Source of the DNA: Patescibacteria group bacterium
GTDB lineage: Bacteria > Patescibacteriota > Minisyncoccia > Minisyncoccales > Staskawiczbacteraceae
Reading direction: 5' to 3'
DNA length: 64,000 nucleotides
Assembly: GCA_018829965.1 (NCBI GenBank)
Contig: JAHJTG010000016.1
Span: forward strand, 157,537-221,536
Shown here one piece after another: positions 1 to 9,409 of this stretch. The stretch's first letter is position 1. Every line of letters begins with the position of its first letter. A model generated the notes under the pieces. The model saw only the letters and a list, made by a program, of their open reading frames with translations, was not told the origin of the DNA and did no database searches. The translations under genes were made by a program, and so were the position numbers.

Positions 1-1
1 C

Positions 2-1447
2 GAAATAAGTGGTGTTTGCCAAACCAGAAACACATCCCTCCGAAGCTAACATAATTTTTAAACTAACAACGTCTTGGTTTATACTCCCGAGATATAAATT
101 ATTTTTAAAGCTAAAACCAGCGGGGATATCTGGATTATTAGAAGACGCCACGCCAGAGGCAGAAACAGTAAAGGTAAAAGAACGTGACAATTCATTTTCA
201 CCAAAATCGAAAAGCTTAATTTGGGTTGATGGAATAATAATTAAAGCAATATTTTCTGTACCGAAATTCTGAATATTAATTTCTCCTTTTGATTTAACTA
301 AGTTAAGAAATTTAATAATATAACTTCCGTTATTTTTTTGTATTATATATGGTATTACAAAGCTATTTTCGCTATTGCTGATAAAAGATACTTTAACATC
401 TCCTTTCCCGCCGATTACCTTGAACCAATTACCAGCCCAGTCTTTGGTCGTTTCTGTAACGCTTAAAATACTCTTACCGGACAAAGGGAGAAAATTTATT
501 CTCGGATAAATATGCAAATCTTTTAAATTTTTATTAAGGTAGCAATAATCTTTTCCGAAATTGCAATCGTTTATAAAAACAGCGATGGTCCAATCAGTAA
601 AAATCTGGGTGAAATCTTTTGTAAATCCATTTTTCTTTAAAGCGTAATTTATACTATCTATTCCATTTTTAGAACTATGCAAAGAATCTATTAATATTTC
701 CTTACCGTAATTATCAATTAAATATTGAGCGAAAAGATTAACAGCGCCATAATCAGATTCGGTGCCATTCCATTCTGTTATTGAATCAAATGGTTCGTCC
801 GAAAATAATTGCACCCTGTTTTGAATGTAACTATTTTCAAAAACATCATCGTAGCCCAAGAGAGTTGAAGCATATTCTGCCCTCATCTCATTAAGCCAAA
901 CTTCTTCCTCAGTATTATAAATCTTATTCTTTTGATTAAAAATAATTAAATGAGTAAATTCATGAGCTAAAAAACTTTTAGCATTTGGATCCCGCAGAGA
1001 CATGGAACTCAAATACACCATTTCTCTTTCATTAGACCCTGGCACTTGAAGTTTTAAATATTCATCATTAGAACGAAAATAACCGCCAGCATCTTCTACC
1101 ATTGGATGAATCAAAATAGTAATCTTTGAATCATTATCTATTCCCGGACTCCACTCCATTCCGTAATTAGCAGTTAAAACAGGATAAATTTTGTTATCAA
1201 ATTCATCCCCCAAAGAACTTAATGTCGCATAAATTTCGTTTTGTGGAGTAAAGTTCCACCAATTTTCATCGGCATAGAAATAAGCCCTTGGGGTAACCTT
1301 AAGCAACACGGCACTAACACTAACCCTTTTATTTAAATCATAACTGGAATCTATAAAAAAATTGCGTTTTTCACCCAAGCTATCCGCACTTACTACAATC
1401 GGCGATAAAAGAAAGCAGGCGACAATAATTAAAATAATCTTTTTCAT
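2..1447 (-). CDS. Secreted HExxH metallopeptidase-like protein with C-terminal peptidoglycan-binding-like segment; 3' end beyond window
   Basis: Not in the supplied track because there is no stop inside the window. Hand translation from the ATG (complement of 1447-1445) gives MKKIILIIVACFLLSPIVVSADS..., which looks like a signal peptide. It contains ...KSFLAHEFTHLII... (HExxH near 964-950). I translated the 5' part, the HExxH region and the last ~120 nt by hand; the last part reads ...FSFKNNLYLGSINQDVVSLKIMLASEGCVSGLANTTYF (PG_binding_1-like start) up to position 2. The middle was only read quickly. Confidence 0.55.
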   Translation of the reverse strand, partial: MKKIILIIVACFLLSPIVVSADSLGEKRNFFIDSSYDLNKRVSVSAVLLKVTPRAYFYADENWWNFTPQNEIYATLSSLGDEFDNKIYPVLTANYGMEWSPGIDNDSKITILIHPMVEDAGGYFRSNDEYLKLQVPGSNEREMVYLSSMSLRDPNAKSFLAHEFTHLIIFNQKNKIYNTEEEVWLNEMRAEYASTLLGYDDVFENSYIQNRVQLFSDEPFDSITEWNGTESDYGAVNLFAQYLIDNYGKEILIDSLHSSKNGIDSINYALKKNGFTKDFTQIFTDWTIAVFINDCNFGKDYCYLNKNLKDLHIYPRINFLPLSGKSILSVTETTKDWAGNWFKVIGGKGDVKVSFISNSENSFVIPYIIQKNNGSYIIKFLNLVKSKGEINIQNFGTENIALIIIPSTQIKLFDFGENELSRSFTFTVSASGVASSNNPDIPAGFSFKNNLYLGSINQDVVSLKIMLASEGCVSGLANTTYF

Positions 1448-1485
1448 ATATTTATCTTATCACAGAATTTCATATTAAATAATTG

Positions 1486-3336
1486 TTATTTATTCGGCTT
1501 GTAAAAATAAAACAAGTTTTCTAAAGTTTTTTTTATTTCTTCCATTTTACCTTCACTCGCTATGGACTTTAATTTTTCTAATTTATTTTCCAATTCATTA
1601 TTATTTACGTTAGAAAGTTTAGCCATAAAAATCTTTTTATTTTTAGTAGCTATCGTCCCCTCTTCGGCTGTAAGAATTTCTTCAAATAGCTTTTCTCCAG
1701 GCCTTATCTCCGTAAATACTATGGGAATATCCTTATCAGGCTCAAAGCCAGCTAATTTTATCATTTCTTTTGCTAAATCCAAAATTTTAATCGGTTCGCC
1801 CATATCCAAAACAAATACTTCTCCCCCTTGGCCCATTGCCCCTGCCTGCATAACCAGAAGACAAGCCTCTGATATCAACATAAAATATCTTTTCATATCA
1901 GGATGAGTCACTGTTACTGGCTCTTTTTTCCTTATCTGCTCTCTAAAAGTAGGAATAACGCTTCCCCTGCTGTCTAACACATTGCCGAATCTAACTGAAA
2001 TAAATTTTGTATTGTTTTTTTGATTAAATGTTTGATAAATCATCTCGCCAATCCTTTTTGTCGCCCCCATAATAGATTTTGGATTTACCGCTTTGTCAGT
2101 GGATATAAAGATAAATTTTTCTGCGTCATTATACAAAGCAGCCCGGACAATATTTTCTGTCCCTAAAATATTATTTTTAACTGCTTCGTCTGGATTTTCT
2201 TCCATTAAAGGAACGTGTTTATAGGCAGCGGCATGAAAAATGACATTTGGTTGGAATTCTTTAAAGATTTTTTTTATTTTTTCTTCGTCTGTGATATCGG
2301 CTATTGAAGAAATTATTTTCAAGTCACTGAAGTTGTTCTTTATTTCTTCCGAAATATTAAAAAGGCCTGTTTCGTCCTGGTCTAAAAGCAAAAGCAAAGA
2401 TGGTTTGAATCTTGCTATTTGCCTTGATAATTCAGAGCCAATAGACCCCGCGGCCCCGGTAATTAAAACTATTTTATCTTTAATAAACCTCTCGATTTCT
2501 TTTGTATCCAGAACTACTGGAGTCCTCCCTAATAAATCTTCCGCACCAACATCTTTAAGGTCTCTTAAAGAAACTCTTCCATTAATAATTTCACTTATAG
2601 ATGGAGCGATTTTAATTTTTTTTAATCCTGACTTTTTTCCTAAATCAACTGCTTTTTTAATTATTGCATTTCCTGCCGAAGGAATAGCTATTATTAATTG
2701 TTTTACCTGATAATCTGCCACTATTTTAGGGATATCTTCAAGTTTACCCAAAACCTTAACCCCGTGAATGTTCACTCCCTGCTTTACAAGACTGTCGTCA
2801 ACAAAACCGATTAAAGAATATGGGCTATTGTTTGAAGACAATACGCTTCTTAAAATCTGTTCTCCGGCATCGCCAGCCCCGACAATTAAAGTTTTTTCTT
2901 TCTTTGACATCCTTCCCATTCCTATAATATGCAGATAAATTCTTTTAGAGAATCGAAAACCGCCACAAAGAATAAATATTAAGAAGTAACTTATAAAAAG
3001 AATAGATCGTGGGAAACTAATTAAAAATGAAAAAGATTTTAAAATATAGACAATGATGCCTAAAAATATAAAAGAAATGGTAGTAGCTTTAAAAAGAGAA
3101 ATCAGCTCATTGGCGCTGACATAAGACCAAGAAAATGAATAAAGCCTCTGGGAATAAAAGACGGGGACGATAAGTATTACTGCCAAAGCAATCATTTCCA
3201 AAATAAAAGCATTGTATTGCTTCGGAACATCACCATCAAACCTTATTAAAAAAGACAGCCAGATAGAAATGGTGATTAAAATAATATCAATAGCAACAAA
3301 AAATATTATTCTATTTTTAGCTGTTTTCTTAAACAT
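1486..3336 (-). CDS. capD: Membrane-bound UDP-GlcNAc (NDP-sugar) 4,6-dehydratase, CapD/PglF/WbpM family
   Basis: 616 aa. N-terminal hydrophobic helices are followed by two Rossmann motifs (VGAGDAGEQ; ITGAAGSIGSEL), then HAAAYKHVPLME and MGATK (Met-for-Tyr SMK-type triad), typical of this family. Confidence 0.9.
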   Translation of the reverse strand: MFKKTAKNRIIFFVAIDIILITISIWLSFLIRFDGDVPKQYNAFILEMIALAVILIVPVFYSQRLYSFSWSYVSANELISLFKATTISFIFLGIIVYILKSFSFLISFPRSILFISYFLIFILCGGFRFSKRIYLHIIGMGRMSKKEKTLIVGAGDAGEQILRSVLSSNNSPYSLIGFVDDSLVKQGVNIHGVKVLGKLEDIPKIVADYQVKQLIIAIPSAGNAIIKKAVDLGKKSGLKKIKIAPSISEIINGRVSLRDLKDVGAEDLLGRTPVVLDTKEIERFIKDKIVLITGAAGSIGSELSRQIARFKPSLLLLLDQDETGLFNISEEIKNNFSDLKIISSIADITDEEKIKKIFKEFQPNVIFHAAAYKHVPLMEENPDEAVKNNILGTENIVRAALYNDAEKFIFISTDKAVNPKSIMGATKRIGEMIYQTFNQKNNTKFISVRFGNVLDSRGSVIPTFREQIRKKEPVTVTHPDMKRYFMLISEACLLVMQAGAMGQGGEVFVLDMGEPIKILDLAKEMIKLAGFEPDKDIPIVFTEIRPGEKLFEEILTAEEGTIATKNKKIFMAKLSNVNNNELENKLEKLKSIASEGKMEEIKKTLENLFYFYKPNK

Positions 3337-3959
3337 TATTTCTTTTTCAATATAATTTTTTTAATTATCGTAAAGATTGTCTGAAAAAATATTCCGGCGT
3401 CAATAAAAAGCGAATTATTCTTAGCATATTTCACTCTTAGTTTATTCTTTTGAGGTTCAATCTTTTCTCGGTACGACTTATCTACATTTTCTTCATCTAT
3501 AAAATCTTCTTGATTTATATAATATATACTAGCATAATCTGTCATTCCCGGACTAACATTGAGAATTATTTTTTCCTCTTCGGTGTAAAGATCTACATAA
3601 TATTTAACTTGTGGACGAGGCCCAACAAAACTCATCTCTCCATTCAAAACATTAATCAACTGAGGGAGCTCATCAAGTTTAGATCTTCTTAAAAACTTTC
3701 CTATCTTTGTTATCCGGGGATCATTACGAGAAGCGTGTATCGTTCCTATTTTTTCAGCATTCGGAACCATTGTCCTAAATTTATAAATTTTGAAAATTTT
3801 GCCAAACTTACCGACTCTTTCTCCTTTATAAAAAACAGGACCTTTAGAATCTAATTTAACCAATAACCTGATAACAATTAGGAGGGGCGATAATAATATC
3901 AATCCCAATAAAGCAAAGATAAAATCAAGAATTCTTTTCAATACTAATTGGAATTTCAT
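3336..3959 (-). CDS. Initiating phosphoglycosyl transferase (bacterial sugar transferase, small PglC-like type)
   Basis: 207 aa with one N-terminal hydrophobic helix. Motifs YKFRTM and DELPQLINVLNGEMSFVGPRP. TAATG stop/start overlap with the capD-like gene. Confidence 0.9.
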   Translation of the reverse strand: MKFQLVLKRILDFIFALLGLILLSPLLIVIRLLVKLDSKGPVFYKGERVGKFGKIFKIYKFRTMVPNAEKIGTIHASRNDPRITKIGKFLRRSKLDELPQLINVLNGEMSFVGPRPQVKYYVDLYTEEEKIILNVSPGMTDYASIYYINQEDFIDEENVDKSYREKIEPQKNKLRVKYAKNNSLFIDAGIFFQTIFTIIKKIILKKK

Positions 3960-6586
3960 CTTAGTTTTTCCTTAATTAATCTTTGATATTCTTTTATCAT
4001 CATTTCAAAAATCAATTTTTCGTCAAACTCATTAACTACCTTTATTCTACCCTTTTTCCCCATTTCTTTCCCCTTTTCTGAATTCTCGAGAAAATAAATT
4101 AAGGCTTCAGTAAGTTTTTCGGGATTTCTTGCTGGTACCAAAATTCCTGTTTTGCCATCGTCAACTGCCTCACGACAACCCCGAACATCAGTTGCAACCA
4201 CTGGTTTTTCCATTGCCGAAGCTTCTAATATAGATAAACCCATTCCTTCTCTATACGACGGCAAAACAAAAATATCTATTAGAGGAAAAATTTCATCAAT
4301 ATCAGCTCTTGCTCCTAAAAATATTGCATTTTTCTCTATCCTATATTTCTTAAAAATACTTGAATCTATTCCGTCTTTTTTTTCCGGCTCTTCTGGTCCA
4401 ACTACCAAAAGCACAGTATTTGGAAATTTATCAAGAATATTCTTAAATGCTTTAAAAAGGTCTAAATATCCTTTTTCTTTAACCATTCTTGCTACAATTC
4501 CGATAATTTTGCTGTCTGGGTTAATGCCAAACTGTTTTTTTTCCTTAATAATGAACTTTTCTGAAAACCTATGAGGATTAAATTTTTCCAAATTAACCCA
4601 TCCTCCTAAATATTTTATTTTCTCAAGAGAGCATATTTTTTCTCCTACTGCCGTTTCAATATCTTCTTTATTAACGGATAGAATCAAATCAGAACACATG
4701 GCTGCGGTCTTTTCCACTAAAATAAACAGATTCCTTTTTAACCATGGATCTTTTTTTTGAAAATAAAAGCCGTGATTTGTGTGAATAATGATGGGCACCC
4801 CCGCCATTTTAGCCGCTATCTGGCCAATGAATCCGGCTTTTGGAGTATGAGTGTGAACGATATCAAATTTTTCTTTCTTAAAATAAAAAAACAGCCTGAC
4901 AAGGCTAATTAAATCGGAAATAGGGCTGAAAAGCTTTCTTTTAAATTTTATTGTTTTCACTTTAATATTCCTTTTCTCAATATCATTAACTAATTTCCCG
5001 GGCGAACAAACGCTTGAAACCTCGTATCCTTCTTTCTGTAATAATTTTATCTGGCTTAAAATTATAAACTTAATTGAAGAAGCAATATTAGTCACCTGAC
5101 AAACTTTAATTCTTTTATCCAAACTTCTAGTTTTCTCTTGGGATCCTATAAAACCAACTGGAATCAAACATAAAAGAGATATGAATGCTGGCATTCTAAT
5201 CCTCATCACTTGTCCAAAATTAGTAAAATATAAAGCAGTCATGCCAAATACTCCCAAACTAAAAACAATCAAAGGGATAGCGATTCTGTTTCGTTTGACA
5301 GAAACTATAGCTCCTTTAACTATAAAAAAGAGAAGAATATACCAAGGAATTGTTTCAACTAAGGCAAAAAGTTGCCGAGCATACTTCATATGCCATGGAA
5401 GAGGACCCAATAAACTATAAATACAAGACTTTAAATAATTTAATACAGACTTTAATGGTTTATCAAACTCCGTCTTTATAACTATTGTAGAATCATTCCC
5501 GGAAGGTAATGGTTCGAGTGATGGTCCAAGCGATGACTCAGACGATGGTTCAGGCGATGACTCAGACGATGGTTCAGGCGATGACTCAGACGATGGTTCA
5601 GGCGATGACTCAGACGATGGTTCAAATGATGACTCAAGTAGAGACGGAGGAATAAAAGCTACTTCTCGATAAAAAGTAATAGTTTCCGGCTTAAGAAAAT
5701 GTTTGAAAAGATTTATGCTGTAATATCCATGTCCGGCGAAAACTTGGAAAAGGAATCCAAAAAGAACGATGGCAACAACACCGTTAAATACTCTTTTCCT
5801 TAAATTAACCTTTGATAAAATAAACCAACAAAAAATAAAGGTGAAAATTATGGCATAGCTAATATAAAAACGGGAGTTAGTCAAAAGTCCTAAAAATAAA
5901 TAAAACAAGGCGAATTTTTTCCAAGTGAAACTTTCGATGAGCCTTAATAAAAACAATAAGCTAATTAACGAAAATAATATTACAAAACAATCTTTTAACA
6001 ATAAACTCCCGTAAAAAAGATAACTAGGATAAACACTAACTATTAAACCAATTAAAAAAGCCCATTTTTTAGAACCGCCGATTTTCCGAACTATTAAATA
6101 AATGAAAATGATCGAAAGAGCGACCACCCAAGCATTAAATATTTGACCAATAAGCATCTCGGGTAAGGTAAGCGCATATACATAACCGATGGCTATTGTA
6201 TGGTAAAGATATATTGTCTCTGATGTCGGACCTCCTGATACGTCTACATTTTCTAAAGAAAAATTCCATTGATGAACCCTACGCGCTATTTCTACGGCTT
6301 GCGGCTGATACTTTAAATAATCGCCTACTCCACCACTAAACGGCTGAAAATGAGCATAATGAACAAATAAAACTGTTCCGAAATGCATTAAAATAACAAT
6401 TAAAAAAAGCCAGACTAATAATTTTCCGCCTATCTTAAATTTTCGAAGGATATATAAAACAATTAAGCAAAGAAAAATAAGGAAGATAGATCCTACTACC
6501 AAAACTTTATCAAAAAAAGCAACTATCCCTAAAATTAGGATCGCTGAAATAATAAAGATTATGATTTTTTTACTTTTTGGGTACAT
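3956..6586 (-). CDS. Fusion protein: polytopic membrane domain (GT-C/ArnT-PMT-like or polymerase-like, unassigned) plus C-terminal GT4 glycosyltransferase
   Basis: 876 aa. Residues 1 to ~490 are about 12 hydrophobic helices with a loop carrying (SSESSPEP)n. Residues ~500-876 carry GT-B/GT4 motifs (HTHTPKAGFIGQ, PSYREGMGLSILEASAMEKPVVATDVRGCREAVDDGKTGILV). Confidence 0.8.
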   Translation of the reverse strand: MYPKSKKIIIFIISAILILGIVAFFDKVLVVGSIFLIFLCLIVLYILRKFKIGGKLLVWLFLIVILMHFGTVLFVHYAHFQPFSGGVGDYLKYQPQAVEIARRVHQWNFSLENVDVSGGPTSETIYLYHTIAIGYVYALTLPEMLIGQIFNAWVVALSIIFIYLIVRKIGGSKKWAFLIGLIVSVYPSYLFYGSLLLKDCFVILFSLISLLFLLRLIESFTWKKFALFYLFLGLLTNSRFYISYAIIFTFIFCWFILSKVNLRKRVFNGVVAIVLFGFLFQVFAGHGYYSINLFKHFLKPETITFYREVAFIPPSLLESSFEPSSESSPEPSSESSPEPSSESSPEPSSESSLGPSLEPLPSGNDSTIVIKTEFDKPLKSVLNYLKSCIYSLLGPLPWHMKYARQLFALVETIPWYILLFFIVKGAIVSVKRNRIAIPLIVFSLGVFGMTALYFTNFGQVMRIRMPAFISLLCLIPVGFIGSQEKTRSLDKRIKVCQVTNIASSIKFIILSQIKLLQKEGYEVSSVCSPGKLVNDIEKRNIKVKTIKFKRKLFSPISDLISLVRLFFYFKKEKFDIVHTHTPKAGFIGQIAAKMAGVPIIIHTNHGFYFQKKDPWLKRNLFILVEKTAAMCSDLILSVNKEDIETAVGEKICSLEKIKYLGGWVNLEKFNPHRFSEKFIIKEKKQFGINPDSKIIGIVARMVKEKGYLDLFKAFKNILDKFPNTVLLVVGPEEPEKKDGIDSSIFKKYRIEKNAIFLGARADIDEIFPLIDIFVLPSYREGMGLSILEASAMEKPVVATDVRGCREAVDDGKTGILVPARNPEKLTEALIYFLENSEKGKEMGKKGRIKVVNEFDEKLIFEMMIKEYQRLIKEKLR
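5508..5640. repeat. In-frame 24-bp tandem repeat (VNTR-like) inside the membrane/GT4 fusion gene
   Basis: The unit gatgactcagacgatggttcaggc is perfect at 5532-5555, 5556-5579 and 5580-5603. A fourth copy at 5604-5627 has 3 mismatches, and degenerate copies flank the array. It encodes FEPSSESSPEPSSESSPEPSSESSPEPSSESSLGPSLEP. Confidence 0.9.
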
Positions 6587-6589
6587 AAT

Positions 6590-7450
6590 TTATCCGCAGA
6601 ATTTAAAAATAACATTTATTAGTGGCTCTTTTCCAATTTTTTTCATGGTTAGCCTCTCTTTCGCTTTGATGATGTTAAAAGGATGATATGAAAATTTCGA
6701 CATATACTCAAGAATATTTTTTAGATTATTTCCCTCATGAGGATGAATTTCGCATAGAATTAAAGAATGAAAATTATCGTCACGATGTTCTAAAAAATAT
6801 TTTTCCAATCCTTTAAGAACCGGAAGTTCATAACTCTCGACATCTATCTTTATCATTTTCAGATTGTCAACTTTGTTCTCTATTATGTAATCGTCTAAAC
6901 GCCGAATTGGCACTTCAAGGATTTGTTTGACGTCATCTTTGCGCGGGATAACTGTATTGCTACCTATATCCTCGGCAGAGATATAGATTTTTATTTTACC
7001 GTTTTCATCCCCCATTGCAAAAGGATTTACAATTATTTTATAGTCTTTATTTATTTCCGCAATTTTTTTAATCCTTTGAAAATATTCCGGAACTGGCTCA
7101 AAACTATGGACTACTCCCGTTTTCCCAACACAACCAGTGGCAACTGCGGTAATGTACCCTATATTTGCTCCAATATCGATGAAGGTATCGCCCTCTTTCA
7201 AAAATGTTTTAATAATCCTAATAAGCTTCGCTTCATATGTTCCGAAATAAAATTCTTTCATATGAGAAGAGTAATTAAAGTCAAATTCGAATAATATTCC
7301 GTTTATTTTCTTAAAAACCGGAGAGTTAGGAAGTGGCGTAAAAATTGATCTTAGTTCAAGAAGAACGCGCTTAAAGAAAAATTGGGGGTCCGATAACAAA
7401 GTGGAAATAGCATTATGGAATAGGATTCTAGTGGTATAATAATTAAACAT
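6590..7450 (-). CDS. FkbM-family SAM methyltransferase
   Basis: 286 aa. GDTFIDIGANIGYITAVA glycine-rich SAM loop and overall length are typical of the FkbM family. Confidence 0.75.
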   Translation of the reverse strand: MFNYYTTRILFHNAISTLLSDPQFFFKRVLLELRSIFTPLPNSPVFKKINGILFEFDFNYSSHMKEFYFGTYEAKLIRIIKTFLKEGDTFIDIGANIGYITAVATGCVGKTGVVHSFEPVPEYFQRIKKIAEINKDYKIIVNPFAMGDENGKIKIYISAEDIGSNTVIPRKDDVKQILEVPIRRLDDYIIENKVDNLKMIKIDVESYELPVLKGLEKYFLEHRDDNFHSLILCEIHPHEGNNLKNILEYMSKFSYHPFNIIKAKERLTMKKIGKEPLINVIFKFCG

Positions 7451-7454
7451 AATT

Positions 7455-8456
7455 TTAAGATAAGATAATTTTTACTGCACCTAATAAGTTTTTGACGTAA
7501 TAATTGGATTCTAGATTTAAATTCTTAGACATTTTTCCTCCAATCTTAATCGTTTTAATATTCGCTTCTCTACCCACTATTATATCCCTCTCGTCATCGC
7601 CGACTATCCAACTTTTACTTAAATTGATGCCAAAATCCTTTACTGCTTTCAAAACCATCCCTATTTTAGGCTTACGGCAGGAACAATTGTCCTTCGCCTG
7701 ATGAGGGCAATAATAAATTTTATCAATTCTAATTCCCTTCTTCTTTAATTCCCTCAGCATCCATTGGTGAAGTTTTTTTAAATCGTTTTCTTTAAAATAT
7801 CCTCTCCCAACCCCAGATTGATCGGTCGCAATAATAATCTTATAACCTGTTTTTGACAATTTTTGCAGAGCTGGAATAACGCCTGAAGCGAATTTAAAAT
7901 CTTTTATTTTATTGACATATTCCGGCTTATTTATATTAATGGTGCCATCTCTATCCAAGAACACGGCTTTTATTTCTGGCGTAGAATAAACTTCCAATAT
8001 TTTTTGGACCAACTGGCTTGTTGAGGAATTTGCGTGAGATTTGAAGAAATAAACCCTGCCTTTATTTTGTTTTATCGTCTCCCGCTCAATAAAATCTTTC
8101 CCCCAATCCAAATCATGGCAATAAATATCCGGTTTAATCTTTTTTAAAATCTCTTTGGGCGTGATTTCATCAAATATGACGATGAAATCAATACATTCTA
8201 AGGCAGACAATATTTCTGCCCGTTCTTTTTGACAAATAATGGGCCTCTTAGGCCCTTTATAACTGCGAACTGACTCGTCGCTATTCAACATTACGATTAA
8301 AAAATCTCCTTGATTTTTAGCTTCCTTGAGTACCCTGATATGTCCTACATGGAGAATATCAAAACTGCCATTACAAGCAACTATTATTTTCCCTTGTTTT
8401 TTGAGCTTCCCAATAATTCTAACAATTTCTTTTTGATTTTTAATTTTAGAGTTCAT
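7455..8456 (-). CDS. hldC: Bifunctional heptose-1-phosphate adenylyltransferase (HldC/RfaE domain II-like) fused to D,D-heptose 1,7-bisphosphate phosphatase (GmhB-like HAD)
   Basis: 333 aa. The N-terminal half has a cytidylyltransferase-like HxGH motif (CNGSFDILHVGHIRVLKEAK). The C-terminal half has AVFLDRDGTIN (DxDGT), CSCRKPKIGM and GDDERD, which are GmhB hallmarks. Confidence 0.8.
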   Translation of the reverse strand: MNSKIKNQKEIVRIIGKLKKQGKIIVACNGSFDILHVGHIRVLKEAKNQGDFLIVMLNSDESVRSYKGPKRPIICQKERAEILSALECIDFIVIFDEITPKEILKKIKPDIYCHDLDWGKDFIERETIKQNKGRVYFFKSHANSSTSQLVQKILEVYSTPEIKAVFLDRDGTININKPEYVNKIKDFKFASGVIPALQKLSKTGYKIIIATDQSGVGRGYFKENDLKKLHQWMLRELKKKGIRIDKIYYCPHQAKDNCSCRKPKIGMVLKAVKDFGINLSKSWIVGDDERDIIVGREANIKTIKIGGKMSKNLNLESNYYVKNLLGAVKIILS

Positions 8457-9408
8457 TTTTTAGGTCTTTCTTAAGCTCTTCTAGAGAGACGACGGCTGTT
8501 CCTATTTTACCAACAACAATGCCAGCCGCATGATTAGCAAGCATAACTGCCTGGCCAAGATTAGCTCCAGAAACCAGCGCCAAGATAAGCGTAGCTGCCA
8601 CAGTGTCTCCCGCTCCAACAACATCAAATACTTCTTTTGCTTTTGTGGGAAAGTTTTTAACTCTGCTATTTTCGAAAAGAGTCATGCCCTTTGCTCCTCT
8701 CTTGATTAAAACATTGCAATTTAATTGTTTCTGAATTATCTTTCCCGCTTCCTTTATATCATCCGTACCGGCCATTGCCACAGCTTCTTTATTGTTGGGA
8801 ACCAAAAGAGTAATGTTTTTAAAATAGGAAAAGTGCGTTGGTTTTGTATCAGCAATAATGGTTTTTTTATATCTTCCGGCTAATTTAATTATTTTTTGAA
8901 TTAAATTTATTGTTACAATGCCTTTATTATAATCTGAGACAACTAAGCCATCCCAATCTTTAATATGAGAGGTGATAAAATCAATCGCTTGTTTTTCCTG
9001 ACGCTTGTTTATATCCTCTGTTTTTTCTTTATCGGCCCTTACTACTTGTTGATCTTTATCAACGACACGAATTTTTTGAGTAGTGACTCTATTCTTATCC
9101 GTAAAAATACCGTCTGTATTAACCTTTCCTTTTTTCAATTCAGAGATTAATTGCCTACCAGCAACATCAGATCCTACTACCCCAATAATAAAAACTTCTC
9201 CTCTAAGAGCAACAATATTATTAGCAGTATTTGCAGCACCGCCCGGAACGAAACTTTCTCTTGTAACTGAAACAACTGGAACAGGGGCTTCGGGAGATAT
9301 TCTTCTGACATCTCCCCACATAAAGTGGTCTAGCATTAAATCTCCTACCACCCCGATTTTCTTACCCTTAAAATTGTCGGCTATTTTACTTAGTTTATTT
9401 GTTTCCAT
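8446..9408 (-). CDS. hldA: PfkB-family sugar kinase, D-beta-D-heptose 7-phosphate kinase-like (HldA/RfaE domain I)
   Basis: 320 aa. IGVVGDLMLDHF N-terminus and the C-terminal GAGDTVAATL ribokinase-family motif. Adjacent to the hldC-gmhB-like gene and the GT9 gene. Confidence 0.8.
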   Translation of the reverse strand: METNKLSKIADNFKGKKIGVVGDLMLDHFMWGDVRRISPEAPVPVVSVTRESFVPGGAANTANNIVALRGEVFIIGVVGSDVAGRQLISELKKGKVNTDGIFTDKNRVTTQKIRVVDKDQQVVRADKEKTEDINKRQEKQAIDFITSHIKDWDGLVVSDYNKGIVTINLIQKIIKLAGRYKKTIIADTKPTHFSYFKNITLLVPNNKEAVAMAGTDDIKEAGKIIQKQLNCNVLIKRGAKGMTLFENSRVKNFPTKAKEVFDVVGAGDTVAATLILALVSGANLGQAVMLANHAAGIVVGKIGTAVVSLEELKKDLKNEL

Positions 9409-9409
9409 T

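Noticed and set aside
9-272. Track ORF 9-272 (+), 87 aa
   Set aside because: It lies antisense to the open minus-strand reading frame 2-1447, which has a signal peptide, HExxH and a PG-binding-like tail. Its own translation has no motifs.
2240-2710. Plus-strand ORFs of 60-212 aa throughout the array (for example 1562-1906, 2240-2710, 4152-4574, 9083-9424, 39583-40221, 43752-44090, 51434-51793, 52102-52563)
   Set aside because: All lie antisense inside long minus-strand genes that have clear family motifs. Their translations are low-complexity (F/I/L/S/K-rich) with no recognisable motifs. They are typical shadow ORFs of an AT-rich genome.
5508-5640. Possible CRISPR array, suggested by short perfect direct repeats (24-bp x4-5 here and 11-bp x3 at 60406-60438)
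   Set aside because: The repeats are contiguous with no spacers. The first array is in frame inside a coding gene. The units are shorter than CRISPR repeats, and no cas genes are present.
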